A DNA stretch of 64,000 nt from an uncultured Nitrospiraceae bacterium (GCA_963811165.1 CAWEQH010000010.1:480001-544000), one strand, 5' to 3'. Shown: positions 1 through 10,439, counted from the stretch's first letter. Notes: generated from the sequence alone by a model not told the origin. Translations and numbers: made by a program.

Positions 1-938
1 ATCCCTCCCCTAAGAAGCTGTTTTGCCCTTTCTCCGGAGATCTTTTGCAACTCCTCAAGGACCCGCTCGTACTCAAGGCCCTCTTTCGGGGGCAGCGCCC
101 ATACCCCCATTTCCCTGTAGGAAGCGGTCGGAAGGTATGTCCTTCCGAGGGGGCGGAATTTTGAGCGGTACTCTTTGAAGGTCGTCGTTTCTATCCAGTC
201 CGAATTGCTCTCTATCGCGGAGAAGAAGCTGTCGAGCCAGCGCTGCTCATACACGTGTCTGAAAGTATTAGGCCAGACGCCGAATTTTTCTCCGTCGTCG
301 GCCATCGTCAGGAGCGGATCACCGCCGCGCATAGCTATCTCCCTGAAATAGGAGACGATATCGTCGACTGTCCAAAACGGTATCATATATCTCAGTTTCT
401 CGCTGCCCGGGAATACGCAAATTTCGTTTCCCCCGTCCTCGGTAATGTAGTAGCCCATGAGATCGGCCTCTTCAAGGCCGGTCAGTTTGAAGTGATGATC
501 GTCGATAGGGACATACTCGATGCCCGCCTTCGCAATGAACCCCGGCATCTGGGGCTCCCACACCCTCTCGGCAAGCCACATGCCCCTCGGGGATTGTCCG
601 AAGCGCTTCCTGATGTACCGAGACATTTCGCTCACCTGAAGCACCCTGTCCTTCTCCGGCAGCACAGGCAGGACCGGTTCGTAAAACCCTCCCGAAAGAA
701 GCTCGACCCTTTCGGTTTCTGCGAGTGTCTTTATGATATCGAACGCCTCGGGATGTTTTTCCTCCATCCAAAGCAGAAGGTTGCCTGAATAATGAAGGAC
801 GACCTTCAGTTGCGGGTGATTGAGGAGTGTCTCGAGAAACGGCAGATAGGACTTCCGGTAGCACTCCTCAAGGACATGCTCGAAATTGCCCACCGGCTGG
901 TGGTTATGAAATGCGAGGACAAGATGAAGTTTAGACAT
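1..938 (-). CDS. Glycoside hydrolase family 57 (alpha-amylase/4-alpha-glucanotransferase), N-terminal part; runs off the window start
   Basis: Manual translation from ATG at 938: MSKLHLVLAFHNHQPVGNFEHVLEECYRKSYLPFLE (GH57 HxHQP motif). Not in the ORF track. Confidence 0.88.
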   Translation of the reverse strand, partial: MSKLHLVLAFHNHQPVGNFEHVLEECYRKSYLPFLETLLNHPQLKVVLHYSGNLLLWMEEKHPEAFDIIKTLAETERVELLSGGFYEPVLPVLPEKDRVLQVSEMSRYIRKRFGQSPRGMWLAERVWEPQMPGFIAKAGIEYVPIDDHHFKLTGLEEADLMGYYITEDGGNEICVFPGSEKLRYMIPFWTVDDIVSYFREIAMRGGDPLLTMADDGEKFGVWPNTFRHVYEQRWLDSFFSAIESNSDWIETTTFKEYRSKFRPLGRTYLPTASYREMGVWALPPKEGLEYERVLEELQKISGERAKQLLRGG

Positions 939-1193
939 TAATTATCCCTTAAAAGAAACTTGCAAATACGTTACCTCTCAAAAAAAAACGAATAAAAACA
1001 TGAATAAAAAACAATTATACAATATACCACAAACCGCAGACGGGTGGAAAGAAAGGGAGGGAGCCGCAGGCCCCCTATCAGGTTACGGATGTATTCCCAA
1101 AAGGATTACCTTTTCAGACAGCACCCGGCCCTGATGACATCAGGCGGTGCTTCACCTGCTGGGGAAAAATGTGCTGCCTGAGGCCACAACAGA

Positions 1194-2291
1194 TTACAGC
1201 ACTACGAGGTTGTCGCGGTGGATCGCTTCGTCGGAATATTTGTAGCCCAGTATTCTTTCAATCTCGGACGTCTTCCTCCCCATGATTTTCCTTATGTCCG
1301 AAGATGAATAATTGACGATGCCTTTTGCGATGCGCCGGCCTCCAAGGTCCGCGCAATTCACCGAATCTCCAAGGTCAAAATCACCCTCCACTGAGACAAT
1401 GCCCGAAGGAAGAAGGCTCTTGCCCATGCCGGTTAGGGCCTTGACCGCACCGTCATCGAGGATGAGCGAACCCTTCGTCCGGCTGCTGTAGGCGATCCAT
1501 CCTTTCCTGTGTGAGAGCCTGCATGGCCCGGGCCTGAAAAACGTGCCGTGTTGTTTGCCGCTGAGTATCGCCTTGATCAGCCCCTTTTTCTTTCCGCTTA
1601 TGATGTTGACCGGGATACAGTGGGAGACCGCCTTTTTTGCAGCCAGCACCTTCGAATACATGCCGCCGGTCCCGACGCTGCTGCCTGTTCGGCCGGAGCT
1701 TTTTTCGATCTCCTTCGTGATCTCTTCCACACACGATACGAGCTCCGCCCGCGGATTGAACCTCGGGTCCTCCGTATAGAGACCTTCCACATCCGAAAGG
1801 ATCACGAGCCTGTCGGCCTCGGTAAGTACCGCGACGAGGGCCGCAAGGTTATCGTTGTCGCCAAATTTGATCTCGTCAGTGGCGACAGTATCGTTTTCGT
1901 TTACAATCGGCACGACGCCGTAAGAGAGCAACGTCAGAAGTGTATTTTTAGAGTTGATATACCGCTTCCTGTCCGAAAAATCCTCCTGCGTAAGAAGCAC
2001 CTGTGCCACCTTGGCATCAAACTCGCCGAAGCTTTTTTCATAGGCCCACATGAGGCTGCTCTGACCGACGGCTGCAGCGGCCTGCTTGAGCTGTATGTCC
2101 CTGGGCTTTTGCGTAAGCCCGAGCTTGCGCATACCTGCCGCGACCGCGCCGGAAGAGACGATCACGACCTCGTATCCCTCACTCTTCAGTTCCGCGATAT
2201 CTGCGGCGATGGACGAGATGCGTTTGGTATTGAGCCCTTCTTTTTCATCGGCAAGGATGTTGCTGCCGATCTTTACTACGAGTCTTTTCAT
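1194..2291 (-). CDS. proB: Glutamate 5-kinase with C-terminal PUA domain
   Basis: VVKIGS, VSSGAVAAG, NENDTV, FGDND, GTGGMYSK motifs; PUA-like C-terminus. Confidence 0.97.
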   Translation of the reverse strand: MKRLVVKIGSNILADEKEGLNTKRISSIAADIAELKSEGYEVVIVSSGAVAAGMRKLGLTQKPRDIQLKQAAAAVGQSSLMWAYEKSFGEFDAKVAQVLLTQEDFSDRKRYINSKNTLLTLLSYGVVPIVNENDTVATDEIKFGDNDNLAALVAVLTEADRLVILSDVEGLYTEDPRFNPRAELVSCVEEITKEIEKSSGRTGSSVGTGGMYSKVLAAKKAVSHCIPVNIISGKKKGLIKAILSGKQHGTFFRPGPCRLSHRKGWIAYSSRTKGSLILDDGAVKALTGMGKSLLPSGIVSVEGDFDLGDSVNCADLGGRRIAKGIVNYSSSDIRKIMGRKTSEIERILGYKYSDEAIHRDNLVVL

Positions 2292-2361
2292 CCAGAAAAA
2301 TTATACATTACGGGACAAGTGGTTGTCATTACCGCCTGAATAATTCCGGCGGAAAAAGACC

Positions 2362-3930
2362 CTATTCTTCTCCTTTAAGAAGCTTGTAATCGACGCTGTC
2401 GACGAGCGCCTGGTAAGATGCCTCGATGATGTTCTCAGAAACCCCGACAGTGCCCCACCGGCTTTCTTTGTCGCCGGATTCCACGAGTACACGCACCTTG
2501 GCACTCGTGCCTTTGCCGGCCGTGAGGACCCTGACCTTATAGTCATGCAGTTTCACATCCTTCAGGCCCGGATAGAATTTCTCGAGTGCTTTTCTCAGGG
2601 CGTTGTCCAGAGCGTTCACCGGGCCCTTGCCGGTCGCCGCGGTATGCTCGATATGCCCCCCGACCTTGACCATGATCGTGGCCTCGCTGATAGGGTCTTC
2701 CCCCTCTTTTCGTTTCTCGACGATCAGCCTGAACCCCATGAGTTCGAAGAACTTTTTGTGAAGGCCGAGAGACTTCTTCATAAGCAGTTCAAACGACGCC
2801 TCGGCGCCCTCGAACTGGAAGCCCTGGTTTTCGAGGTCCTTCAGTTTCGTCACGATGTCCTGGATCTGGACGGAATCGCTCGATAGTTTTATGCCGAACT
2901 CTTCCGCCTTCCGCAGGATATTGCTCTTTCCGGCAAGGTCGGATATCAACACCCTCTGGGAATTCCCGACAAGCTCAGGCCTGATGTGTTCATATGTCTC
3001 TGGCCGCTTCTGTATCGCGCTTACGTGCATGCCGCCCTTATGCGCAAAGGCGCTGTCGCCGGTATAGGGCTGGCGTTTAAAGTGCCGGAGGTTGGCGATT
3101 TCCGTAACAAAGCGCGAGACGTCCCTCAACTTCTTAAGCTGCTCGGATGTAATGCACTGCATGCCCAGCTTGAGCTGGATGTTCGGTATGATCGATATGA
3201 GGTTGGCGTTGCCGCACCTCTCGCCGAGGCCGTTAATAGTCCCCTGAACCTGGGAGGCCCCCAGCTCTATACCCGACACCGAATTTGCAACTGCGCATTC
3301 GATGTCGTTATGGACATGCACGCCTATCGGCGTGCTGTATCCCTTTACCGCCTTTTTCACTATTTCCTCAAAGACGGAGGTGATGGTCCCGCCGTTGGTA
3401 TCGCAGAGCACGAGGCAGTCGGCCCCGGCATCCTGCGCAGCCTGCAGGCATTTGAGGGCGTACTTGGGGTTATGGATATACCCGTCGAAGAAATGCTCCG
3501 CGTCGAAGAAAACCTTGTCCGCGTGCTTTTTCAGAAAGGCCACGGAATCATGTATGATCTCGATGTTTTCCTCAAGCGGGACCCTCAGGGCCTCCTTCAC
3601 ATGGAAGTCCCATGTCTTTCCGAATATCGTGATGACCGGGGTTGCCGCCTCGACAAGGGCCTTCATCGTCTCATCGTGCGCAGGCTTTTTCTTGGGCCGG
3701 TGCGTGCTGCCGAAGGCGACCACCTTTGAATTTACCAGATTTACTCTGGAGACCTTCCTGAAATATTCGATGTCCCTCGGGTTTGAGCCGGGATATCCGC
3801 CCTCGATGTAATGGACGCCTAGTTCATCGAGCTTTTCGGTGATCCTCAACTTGTCCTCGACTGAAAAAGCAATATCTTCGGACTGCGCTCCGTCCCTGAG
3901 GGTCGTATCATATATTTCGATCTTCCGCAT
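2362..3930 (-). CDS. cimA: Citramalate synthase (LeuA/CimA family)
   Basis: YDTTLRDGAQSE, FFDAEHFFDG, HNDIECAVANS, GERCGN, AFAHKGGMH. Confidence 0.9.
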   Translation of the reverse strand: MRKIEIYDTTLRDGAQSEDIAFSVEDKLRITEKLDELGVHYIEGGYPGSNPRDIEYFRKVSRVNLVNSKVVAFGSTHRPKKKPAHDETMKALVEAATPVITIFGKTWDFHVKEALRVPLEENIEIIHDSVAFLKKHADKVFFDAEHFFDGYIHNPKYALKCLQAAQDAGADCLVLCDTNGGTITSVFEEIVKKAVKGYSTPIGVHVHNDIECAVANSVSGIELGASQVQGTINGLGERCGNANLISIIPNIQLKLGMQCITSEQLKKLRDVSRFVTEIANLRHFKRQPYTGDSAFAHKGGMHVSAIQKRPETYEHIRPELVGNSQRVLISDLAGKSNILRKAEEFGIKLSSDSVQIQDIVTKLKDLENQGFQFEGAEASFELLMKKSLGLHKKFFELMGFRLIVEKRKEGEDPISEATIMVKVGGHIEHTAATGKGPVNALDNALRKALEKFYPGLKDVKLHDYKVRVLTAGKGTSAKVRVLVESGDKESRWGTVGVSENIIEASYQALVDSVDYKLLKGEE

Positions 3931-3935
3931 GAGCG

Positions 3936-5168
3936 TTATGCCCTGGCCGCTTCGGCAAGACCGAAGGCGTCGTGGAGCACCCTTACGGCAAGTTCCGTGA
4001 ATTTAAGATCGATGACGCAGGAGACCTTTATCTCGGAGGTGCTGATCATGACGATGTTTATCCCGTGGCCGGCGAGGGTCTGAAACATCTTTGCGGCAAC
4101 GCCTGAATGGGTCCTCATGCCGACGCCGACTATCGATACCTTGCTTATGTCTTCCCTCAGGTCCACTCTCTTTGCGCCGAGTTCTTTCGCTATCTTCTCC
4201 GTCACCTCGACCGCCCGCCTCGAATCGGTCCTGGGTGCGGTAAAGGAGATGTCCGCTGATTTGCCGTCGCTGCTGACGTTTTGAACAATCATATCGACCA
4301 CGATGTTCGATGAGGCTATGAGGTCGAAAATCTTGGCCGCGACCCCAGGCCTGTCGGGGACGTCCACGATCGTAATCTTCGCCTGGTTCTTATCATATGC
4401 TACGCCTGATACCACCACATTCTCCATCTCTTTATCCTCCTCAACGACAAGTGTTCCGGGGTTATCGTTAAAGCTCGACCTGACAACCACAGGCACATTG
4501 TACTTCATCGCGAATTCGACCGACCTGGCCTGAAGGACCTTCGCACCCAGACTTGCGAGCTCAAGCATCTCCTCGTAGGAAATCTTATCGAGCTTTCTCG
4601 CCTCCGGCACAATATTCGGATCGGTCGTATAGACGCCGTCGACGTCGGTGTAGATCTCGCAGAGGTCGGCCTTGATTGCAGCGGCAACCGCCACTGCCGA
4701 AAGGTCCGATCCGCCCCTGCCCAGTGTAGTCACGTCCGTATCGCCCTCGGTGATTCCCTGAAAACCCGCGATGACCACGATGTAGCCGTCGCTAAGGGCC
4801 TTCCTTACCCTCTCGCCGGTAATCCGCTCTATCCTTGCCTTTGTATGGACCGTATCCGTAATGATGCCGGCCTGCCTTCCGGTCATCGACTTCGCCTTAT
4901 GACCAAGCGCCTCAACCGCCATCGCAGTCAGGGCGGACGTCACGCGCTCACCCGAGGAGAGGAGCATGTCCATCTCCCTTTCGTTGGGCGAATGGGATAT
5001 CTTTTGGGCAAACCCGATAAGCTTGTCCGTCTCACCGGACATGGCCGATACGACCACCACTACCTGGTTGCCTTTGTCAGCGGTCTTTACGACACGCTCG
5101 GCGACCGCCTTTATCCTCTCTGTAGTGCCTACAGAGGTGCCTCCGTATTTCTGGACTATCAGCGCCAA
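3936..5168 (-). CDS. lysC: Aspartate kinase with ACT domains
   Basis: [41 protein letters not shown] start at 5168 chosen because GGAGGAG lies upstream. Confidence 0.96.
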   Translation of the reverse strand: MALIVQKYGGTSVGTTERIKAVAERVVKTADKGNQVVVVVSAMSGETDKLIGFAQKISHSPNEREMDMLLSSGERVTSALTAMAVEALGHKAKSMTGRQAGIITDTVHTKARIERITGERVRKALSDGYIVVIAGFQGITEGDTDVTTLGRGGSDLSAVAVAAAIKADLCEIYTDVDGVYTTDPNIVPEARKLDKISYEEMLELASLGAKVLQARSVEFAMKYNVPVVVRSSFNDNPGTLVVEEDKEMENVVVSGVAYDKNQAKITIVDVPDRPGVAAKIFDLIASSNIVVDMIVQNVSSDGKSADISFTAPRTDSRRAVEVTEKIAKELGAKRVDLREDISKVSIVGVGMRTHSGVAAKMFQTLAGHGINIVMISTSEIKVSCVIDLKFTELAVRVLHDAFGLAEAARA

Positions 5169-5213
5169 CTTTCTCCTCCACACACATATGACTTAACGAT
5201 CAGGAGCGCCATA

Positions 5214-6425
5214 TCACTTCCCCTTGATAAAGAAGTCCATCAATGTGTGGCCTTCTTCGAAGGACATCGCATCGGCCCTCTCAGTGATCTTCTCATCGAA
5301 CTGCGTCCCTTTGTTCTTCCTCACGTCCCGGCTGTCAAACAGGACAAACGGGACGGGATCACCGGTATGCGTCCTCATTTCTACAGGCGTCGGATGATCC
5401 GGCAGAAGCAGGATCCTGCAGTCTCCAAGCGCCTTTGCCCCTTTCATCACGGTCCCGACCACGAGCCTGTCGAAGTCCTCGATCGCCGTTATCTTGTCTT
5501 TGATATTACCCGAGTGGCCCGCCTCATCAGGGGCCTCGACATGGATATACACGAAGTCCACCTCTGTAAGCGATTTAAGCGCGGCATCTGCCTTGCCTTT
5601 ATAGTTCGTATCGAGATAGCCGGTAATGCCAGGAACATCGAGTATGCGGAACCCCGCGTATATACCGAGTCCCTTCGTGAGGTCCACCGCCGATATAAGG
5701 GCGCCTTCGAGCAAATATTTCTTTCGGAACGTCGGAAGAGTCGGTTTCTTCCCCTGTCCCCATAGCCAGATGCTGTTGCCGGGGTTCTTGCCCTCTTCCA
5801 TCCTCTTTCTGTTTACGGGGTGGTCCGTCAAGAAATCCACGGAATCGATCATGATCTTTCTGATCAGTTCTTCGCCGCTCCCCACCGGCAGATAATCCAA
5901 AATGTTCTTGCCGATGATATCGTGGGGCGGCACGCATTCCAGATCGGACGACCCGTCGGACCAGACCATAAGGTGCCGGTAACTCACTCCGGGATAAAAC
6001 CTGATACGCTTGGAGCCCAGTTGGGCATTGACCTCCCTTATCAATTCCCGAGCCTCCTCCGTCGTGATATGGCCGCTGCTATAGTCCTCCATTATTGCCC
6101 GGGTCCTTCTCCTGTCGTACTTGAGCGTGACGAGATTGCAGCGGAAGGCGACGTCATTTTTCCCCAGTTTCACTCCGATGCTTGCGGCCTCAAGAGGCGC
6201 CCTCCCCGAGTAATACCTGTGCGGGTCGTATCCGAGTATGCTCAGATTTGCAACGTCAGAACCCGGATGCATGTCCTCAGGTACGGTCCTTACTCTCCCC
6301 AAAATGCCGCTGACAGCAAGCCTGTCCATGTTCGGCGTCGACGCCTTCTCAAGCGCAGTCTTGCCGCCGAGTTCCTTGAGAGGCCTATCAGCCATCCCGT
6401 CTCCGACTATCACGATATATTTCAT
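5214..6425 (-). CDS. apgM: Cofactor-independent phosphoglycerate mutase, archaeal type (ApgM family; proposed homoserine kinase subfamily)
   Basis: GDGMAD, PGSDVANLS, HVEAPDEAGH, PDHPTP metal-binding motifs; located in an aspartate-pathway operon. Confidence 0.88.
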   Translation of the reverse strand: MKYIVIVGDGMADRPLKELGGKTALEKASTPNMDRLAVSGILGRVRTVPEDMHPGSDVANLSILGYDPHRYYSGRAPLEAASIGVKLGKNDVAFRCNLVTLKYDRRRTRAIMEDYSSGHITTEEARELIREVNAQLGSKRIRFYPGVSYRHLMVWSDGSSDLECVPPHDIIGKNILDYLPVGSGEELIRKIMIDSVDFLTDHPVNRKRMEEGKNPGNSIWLWGQGKKPTLPTFRKKYLLEGALISAVDLTKGLGIYAGFRILDVPGITGYLDTNYKGKADAALKSLTEVDFVYIHVEAPDEAGHSGNIKDKITAIEDFDRLVVGTVMKGAKALGDCRILLLPDHPTPVEMRTHTGDPVPFVLFDSRDVRKNKGTQFDEKITERADAMSFEEGHTLMDFFIKGK

Positions 6426-6491
6426 AAGATTTCCTTAATGACCAGAGCAACTTCATACAATAGGGCGCCGTTTCTCCGAAGATTCGCCCCC

Positions 6492-6728
6492 CTATTCTAT
6501 GACGTCACCCTCGACAAGTTCGACCTCAATACCTTTTCCCTTAAGCCAGTGTATTCCCTTATCGAGGTCTTCTTCCGTACCCTCGAGCTCAAGTATCATC
6601 TCCCCGACAGTCTCCGTCACCCTTGCCCTTCTTATGTTGGGCATTACATTAAACTGCCTTGCCATCGTAAAAATCACCGGCTCCTTGATGAGCTGCGGCG
6701 GGAATGTCAGTTTTACCCTCTTTTTCAT
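6492..6728 (-). CDS. NIL-domain protein
   Basis: LTFP..IKEPVI...PNIRRARVT..VGEMILELEG pattern; ATG overlaps the upstream stop (TGATG). Confidence 0.85.
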   Translation of the reverse strand: MKKRVKLTFPPQLIKEPVIFTMARQFNVMPNIRRARVTETVGEMILELEGTEEDLDKGIHWLKGKGIEVELVEGDVIE

Positions 6729-7042
6729 CACCCCTCCACGCACCGATGGGCGTCTCCCTGCAGACACGACGCGCCCCCTGCAATAGCGGGTACGATCGAG
6801 ACCTCGTCTCCATCTTTTACGACGGTCTCCTCGGCATTGAGGAAACGTATATCTTCGTCGTTTACGTAGATGTTGACGAACCTGCGGATTTTACCGTTCT
6901 CGGAGATCCTCTCTGCGATCCCGGGAAATTTCTTCTCAAGATCGTTGACGAGCTCGATTACCTTCCCGGGTACTGCTTCGACCTCTTCCTTCCCCTGCGT
7001 CAACCGCTGAAGAGGGGTCGGGATCCTTACCTTTACTGGCAT
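6728..7042 (-). CDS. MoaD/ThiS/CysO-family ubiquitin-like sulfur carrier with a 14-aa extension after the GG motif
   Basis: VRIPTPL, RRFVNIYVNDEDIRFL, VSIVPAIAGG followed by ASCLQGDAHRCVEG; SD AAGGAGG. Confidence 0.9.
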   Translation of the reverse strand: MPVKVRIPTPLQRLTQGKEEVEAVPGKVIELVNDLEKKFPGIAERISENGKIRRFVNIYVNDEDIRFLNAEETVVKDGDEVSIVPAIAGGASCLQGDAHRCVEG

Positions 7043-7062
7043 GTATTTTTCCTCCTTATCGG

Positions 7063-8304
7063 TCAAAGACCTTTGTTGATAGTTTTTAGGACCTCTTCAA
7101 AAGAGACGAGATTCGGCTTTATATGATAGGGGGAAGGCGTGTGTCCCTGCAGCGCCTCCTGCGTCTTAAGACCGTTGCCGGTAATGCATATCACGGTCAC
7201 TTCGTCTCTCTTGATCCTGCCTGCCTCGATAAGTTTCTTAGTCGCTGCGAGGGTAACGCCTCCGGCGGTCTCCGCAAATATCCCCTCTGTACGCGCCAGA
7301 AGCTTGATCGCATCGATGATTTCCTGATCGGACACGTCCTCCGCATACCCGCCGGTCTCCCTGACCACCTGAGATGCATAAAAACCGTCCGCGGGATTCC
7401 CGATAGCGAGGGATTTCGCTATGGTGTTGGGCTTTACGGGTCTTATCACATCCACGCCCTGTTTGATCGCCGCCGTAATCGGGGAACACCCTGTGGCCTG
7501 GGCCGCAAAGACGCTGCTTTGGAGTTCCTTGATGATGCCTATGTCCCTGAATTCCTTGAAGCTCTTCCATACCTTCGTCAGAAGCGATCCGCTTGCACAG
7601 GGCACAACGACATTGTCGGGCGCCTTCCAGCCGAGCTGTTCTATCACCTCGAACCCGAGGGTCTTCGAGCCCTCCGCATAAAACGGTCTTATGTTTATGT
7701 TCACGAAGGCCCACCGGTATTTATTGGCGATTTCGCTGCAAAGCCTGTTTACGTCGTCATAATTGCCGTCGACAGCGACAAGGTGCGGCTCGTAGACAAG
7801 AGATGCGATGATCTTCGAGGCCTCAAGCGATGCAGGGATAAAGATAAACCGCTTGAACCCTGCCCGGGCGCCGTGTGCAGAGACAGAATGGGCGAGGTTC
7901 CCCGTCGAGGCGCACGCCACTGTGTCAAACCCGAATTCCTTCGCCTTTGTCAGGGCTATCGAGACGACGCGGTCCTTGAACGAGAGCGTCGGGTGGACTA
8001 CCGTATCGTCCTTTATGTAGAGCTCATCAACCCCGAGCACCTTTGCAAGATTGTGTGCCTTCACAAGCGGCGTAAAACCGGAGTCCAGCCCCACCTGGGG
8101 CTCGCCGTCTATAGGGAGAAGCTCCCTGTATCTCCAGAGGTTCTTGTCCCTCTTCTCTATCTTTTTCCTGCTTATCTCCTTGGCGATGCTTTTATAATCA
8201 TATGCCACCTCGAGCGGACCGAAACAAAACTCGCATACATATATCGGTTCAACGGGATATTCCCTGCCGCATTCTCTGCATTTAAGACCTTTTATATATC
8301 CCAC
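7063..8304 (-). CDS. thrC: Threonine synthase-family PLP enzyme
   Basis: N-terminal CxxC/CxxC, PTLSFKDR (PLP Lys), CASTGN, YAEGSKT, TGNGLK. Confidence 0.85.
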   Translation of the reverse strand: MGYIKGLKCRECGREYPVEPIYVCEFCFGPLEVAYDYKSIAKEISRKKIEKRDKNLWRYRELLPIDGEPQVGLDSGFTPLVKAHNLAKVLGVDELYIKDDTVVHPTLSFKDRVVSIALTKAKEFGFDTVACASTGNLAHSVSAHGARAGFKRFIFIPASLEASKIIASLVYEPHLVAVDGNYDDVNRLCSEIANKYRWAFVNINIRPFYAEGSKTLGFEVIEQLGWKAPDNVVVPCASGSLLTKVWKSFKEFRDIGIIKELQSSVFAAQATGCSPITAAIKQGVDVIRPVKPNTIAKSLAIGNPADGFYASQVVRETGGYAEDVSDQEIIDAIKLLARTEGIFAETAGGVTLAATKKLIEAGRIKRDEVTVICITGNGLKTQEALQGHTPSPYHIKPNLVSFEEVLKTINKGL

Positions 8305-8453
8305 ACCGTATACCTCCCGCCTAAAAGTAAATCATATTTTACTTCATATCGCCCAATAATTCAAAGAGCGAGGCAGAGAGGATATAAGGCTTCAGTGACG
8401 GGGAGATATTTCAAACAAAATCCCCCGCATGGTGTAAAATAGTCTTCACCGAT

Positions 8454-9095
8454 ATGGAACTGATCAAGACGTTCTTCGATATCTTTATGCACCTGGACAA
8501 ACACCTGGCGGCGGTCATCCAAAACTATGGCGCATGGACCTATCTCATACTCTTTCTTATCATCTTTTGCGAGACCGGGTTGGTAATAACGCCCATACTC
8601 CCCGGAGATTCCCTCCTCTTTGCGGCGGGGGCGCTCGCCTCCACGAGTTCCCTGGATGTAGTCACCCTATTCGGCCTCCTGAGCTTCGCTGCAATCGCCG
8701 GCAATACGACGAATTACTGGATCGGTCATCTCATCGGGCCAAGGATATTTCATAAACAAAACGTTCGCCTTTTAAACAGGGAATATTTGGACAAGACCCA
8801 TCGCTTCTACGAAAAACACGGGGGGAAAACGATCGTCATCGCGCGGTTCATCCCGATCATTCGCACCTTTGCCCCTTTTGTCGCGGGCATTGGGGCCATG
8901 ACGCACTGGAGGTTCGCCCTTTACAATATAGTAGCGGGCATCGCATGGGTCGGCATATTCGTCTTCGCCGGGTATCACTTCGGCAACATACCCGTGGTGA
9001 AGCGAAACTTTACCCTGGTGATCTTCGCTATCGTATTTATATCGATGCTGCCGGGCATCATCGAATTCCTCAGACACCGCAGGCGGCCTGCGTAG
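8454..9095 (+). CDS. DedA-family membrane protein
   Basis: IFCETGL..LPGDSLLF, ARFIPIIRTFAPFVAG. Confidence 0.95.
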   Translation: MELIKTFFDIFMHLDKHLAAVIQNYGAWTYLILFLIIFCETGLVITPILPGDSLLFAAGALASTSSLDVVTLFGLLSFAAIAGNTTNYWIGHLIGPRIFHKQNVRLLNREYLDKTHRFYEKHGGKTIVIARFIPIIRTFAPFVAGIGAMTHWRFALYNIVAGIAWVGIFVFAGYHFGNIPVVKRNFTLVIFAIVFISMLPGIIEFLRHRRRPA

Positions 9096-9166
9096 CTGCT
9101 CGCCGGAATCTGATCCGGGCGTCGTCACTTTCGTGTCACCAAACGATAAAAAAGTGGTATTATTCT

Positions 9167-9309
9167 AATATTGACAACGCCGTAAAAAGTTTTTTTCAAG
9201 GCTGTCATTCCCGAAGTCCTTAATCGGGAATCCATTCTTTTTAGGAAGTACACGCCTCTGGATTCCCGCCTTCGCGGGAATGACGACTTTTTACATGTGT
9301 ATCAATATT
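9167..9309. repeat. Nested palindromic element (MITE/REP-like)
   Basis: Outer imperfect IR AATATTGA-N7-GTAAAAAGT / ACTTTTTAC-N7-TCAATATT; inner GTCATTCCCG...GGGAATCCA and TGGATTCCCG...GGGAATGAC (9204-9284). Confidence 0.7.
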
Positions 9310-9349
9310 GTCTCACCCTGGAAAATGACTTTTCGGGGATAATGTTTTC

Positions 9350-10372
9350 ATGCCCGGAGATAAATTATTGACGGACACATTCAAAACAAAATGTATACTC
9401 TCGGCGGCGCTTATAGTCCTGATTATATCAGGCGGTACCCTGGGGTACGTATTCCTGGAGGGATGGGACCTTTTCGATGCCTTCTATATGACGGTCATAA
9501 CGCTGACGACAGTGGGGTTCGGCGAGGTCCATCCACTGTCGCGCATCGGGAGAATGTTCACTGTGGCACTTATCGTAGTCGGTGTCGGCGCGGTCTTTTA
9601 CGCGCTGAGTACCGGTGCCAAATTTATGCTTGAAGGTGAATTACAGGAGATATTCGGGAGGAAGAGATTGGAAAAGAAGATCAAAGAACTGACGGACCAC
9701 TTCATTGTGTGCGGCTATGGCAGGATGGGCAGAATAATCTGCAGGGAGTTGGGGGAGAAAAAGATCCCCTTTGTCGTCATCGAAAAAATGCCCGAGAAAC
9801 TCCTCGACGGGCAGGACGTTCTTTTGGTCGAGGGGGACGCGACCAAGGACGAGATATTGAAGGAAGTGGGCATAAAGAAGGCGAAAGGCCTGATATCGGT
9901 CCTTCCCACCGACGCCGAGAACCTTTACGTTGTGCTGAGCGCCAGAGGACTGAACCCCAACCTGATGATTGTGGCCCGTGCCGGGGATGAAGGTTCTGAA
10001 CAGAAGCTTATGAGGGCGGGTGCGGACAGGGTCGTCTCACCTTACCATATCGGAGGTCTTCGTATCGCACACACTGTTTTGAAACCCGCGGTGGTGGATT
10101 TCATCGAGTTTGCCACAAAGAGCGGTAATATCGACCTTCAGATGGAAGAAATAACTATTAAGGAGAACTCCGGACTCGTCGGTCTCACGTTAGATGAATG
10201 CGGGATTGGCAGGGACCTGGGTATCATCGTCGTTGCCATCAAGCAAGGCTCGGGGGAGATGAGGTTCAACCCCACATACAAGACTGCGATACAGGCAGGA
10301 GACACTCTGATCGCATTGGGCGAGATATCCAAACTTCAGACCCTGGAAGATATGGCGATACGGCAAAGGTAA
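9350..10372 (+). CDS. Potassium channel protein (2TM pore plus TrkA-N/TrkA-C RCK domains)
   Basis: TLTTVGFGE selectivity filter; VCGYGRMG Rossmann motif. Confidence 0.95.
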   Translation: MPGDKLLTDTFKTKCILSAALIVLIISGGTLGYVFLEGWDLFDAFYMTVITLTTVGFGEVHPLSRIGRMFTVALIVVGVGAVFYALSTGAKFMLEGELQEIFGRKRLEKKIKELTDHFIVCGYGRMGRIICRELGEKKIPFVVIEKMPEKLLDGQDVLLVEGDATKDEILKEVGIKKAKGLISVLPTDAENLYVVLSARGLNPNLMIVARAGDEGSEQKLMRAGADRVVSPYHIGGLRIAHTVLKPAVVDFIEFATKSGNIDLQMEEITIKENSGLVGLTLDECGIGRDLGIIVVAIKQGSGEMRFNPTYKTAIQAGDTLIALGEISKLQTLEDMAIRQR

Positions 10373-10439
10373 TAGTGTCTGTGCGTCATCTTTTGCCTCT
10401 TGATATATCACCGGTGAAATTTGCGGACCATAAGGAAAC

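Noticed and set aside
1113..1182. Stem-loop containing CTGATGA...GAAA, resembling a hammerhead ribozyme or SAM riboswitch
   Set aside because: No stem I or NUH cleavage site in the required geometry, and no SAM-I P1 (AUC...GAU) core. Only a generic inverted repeat.
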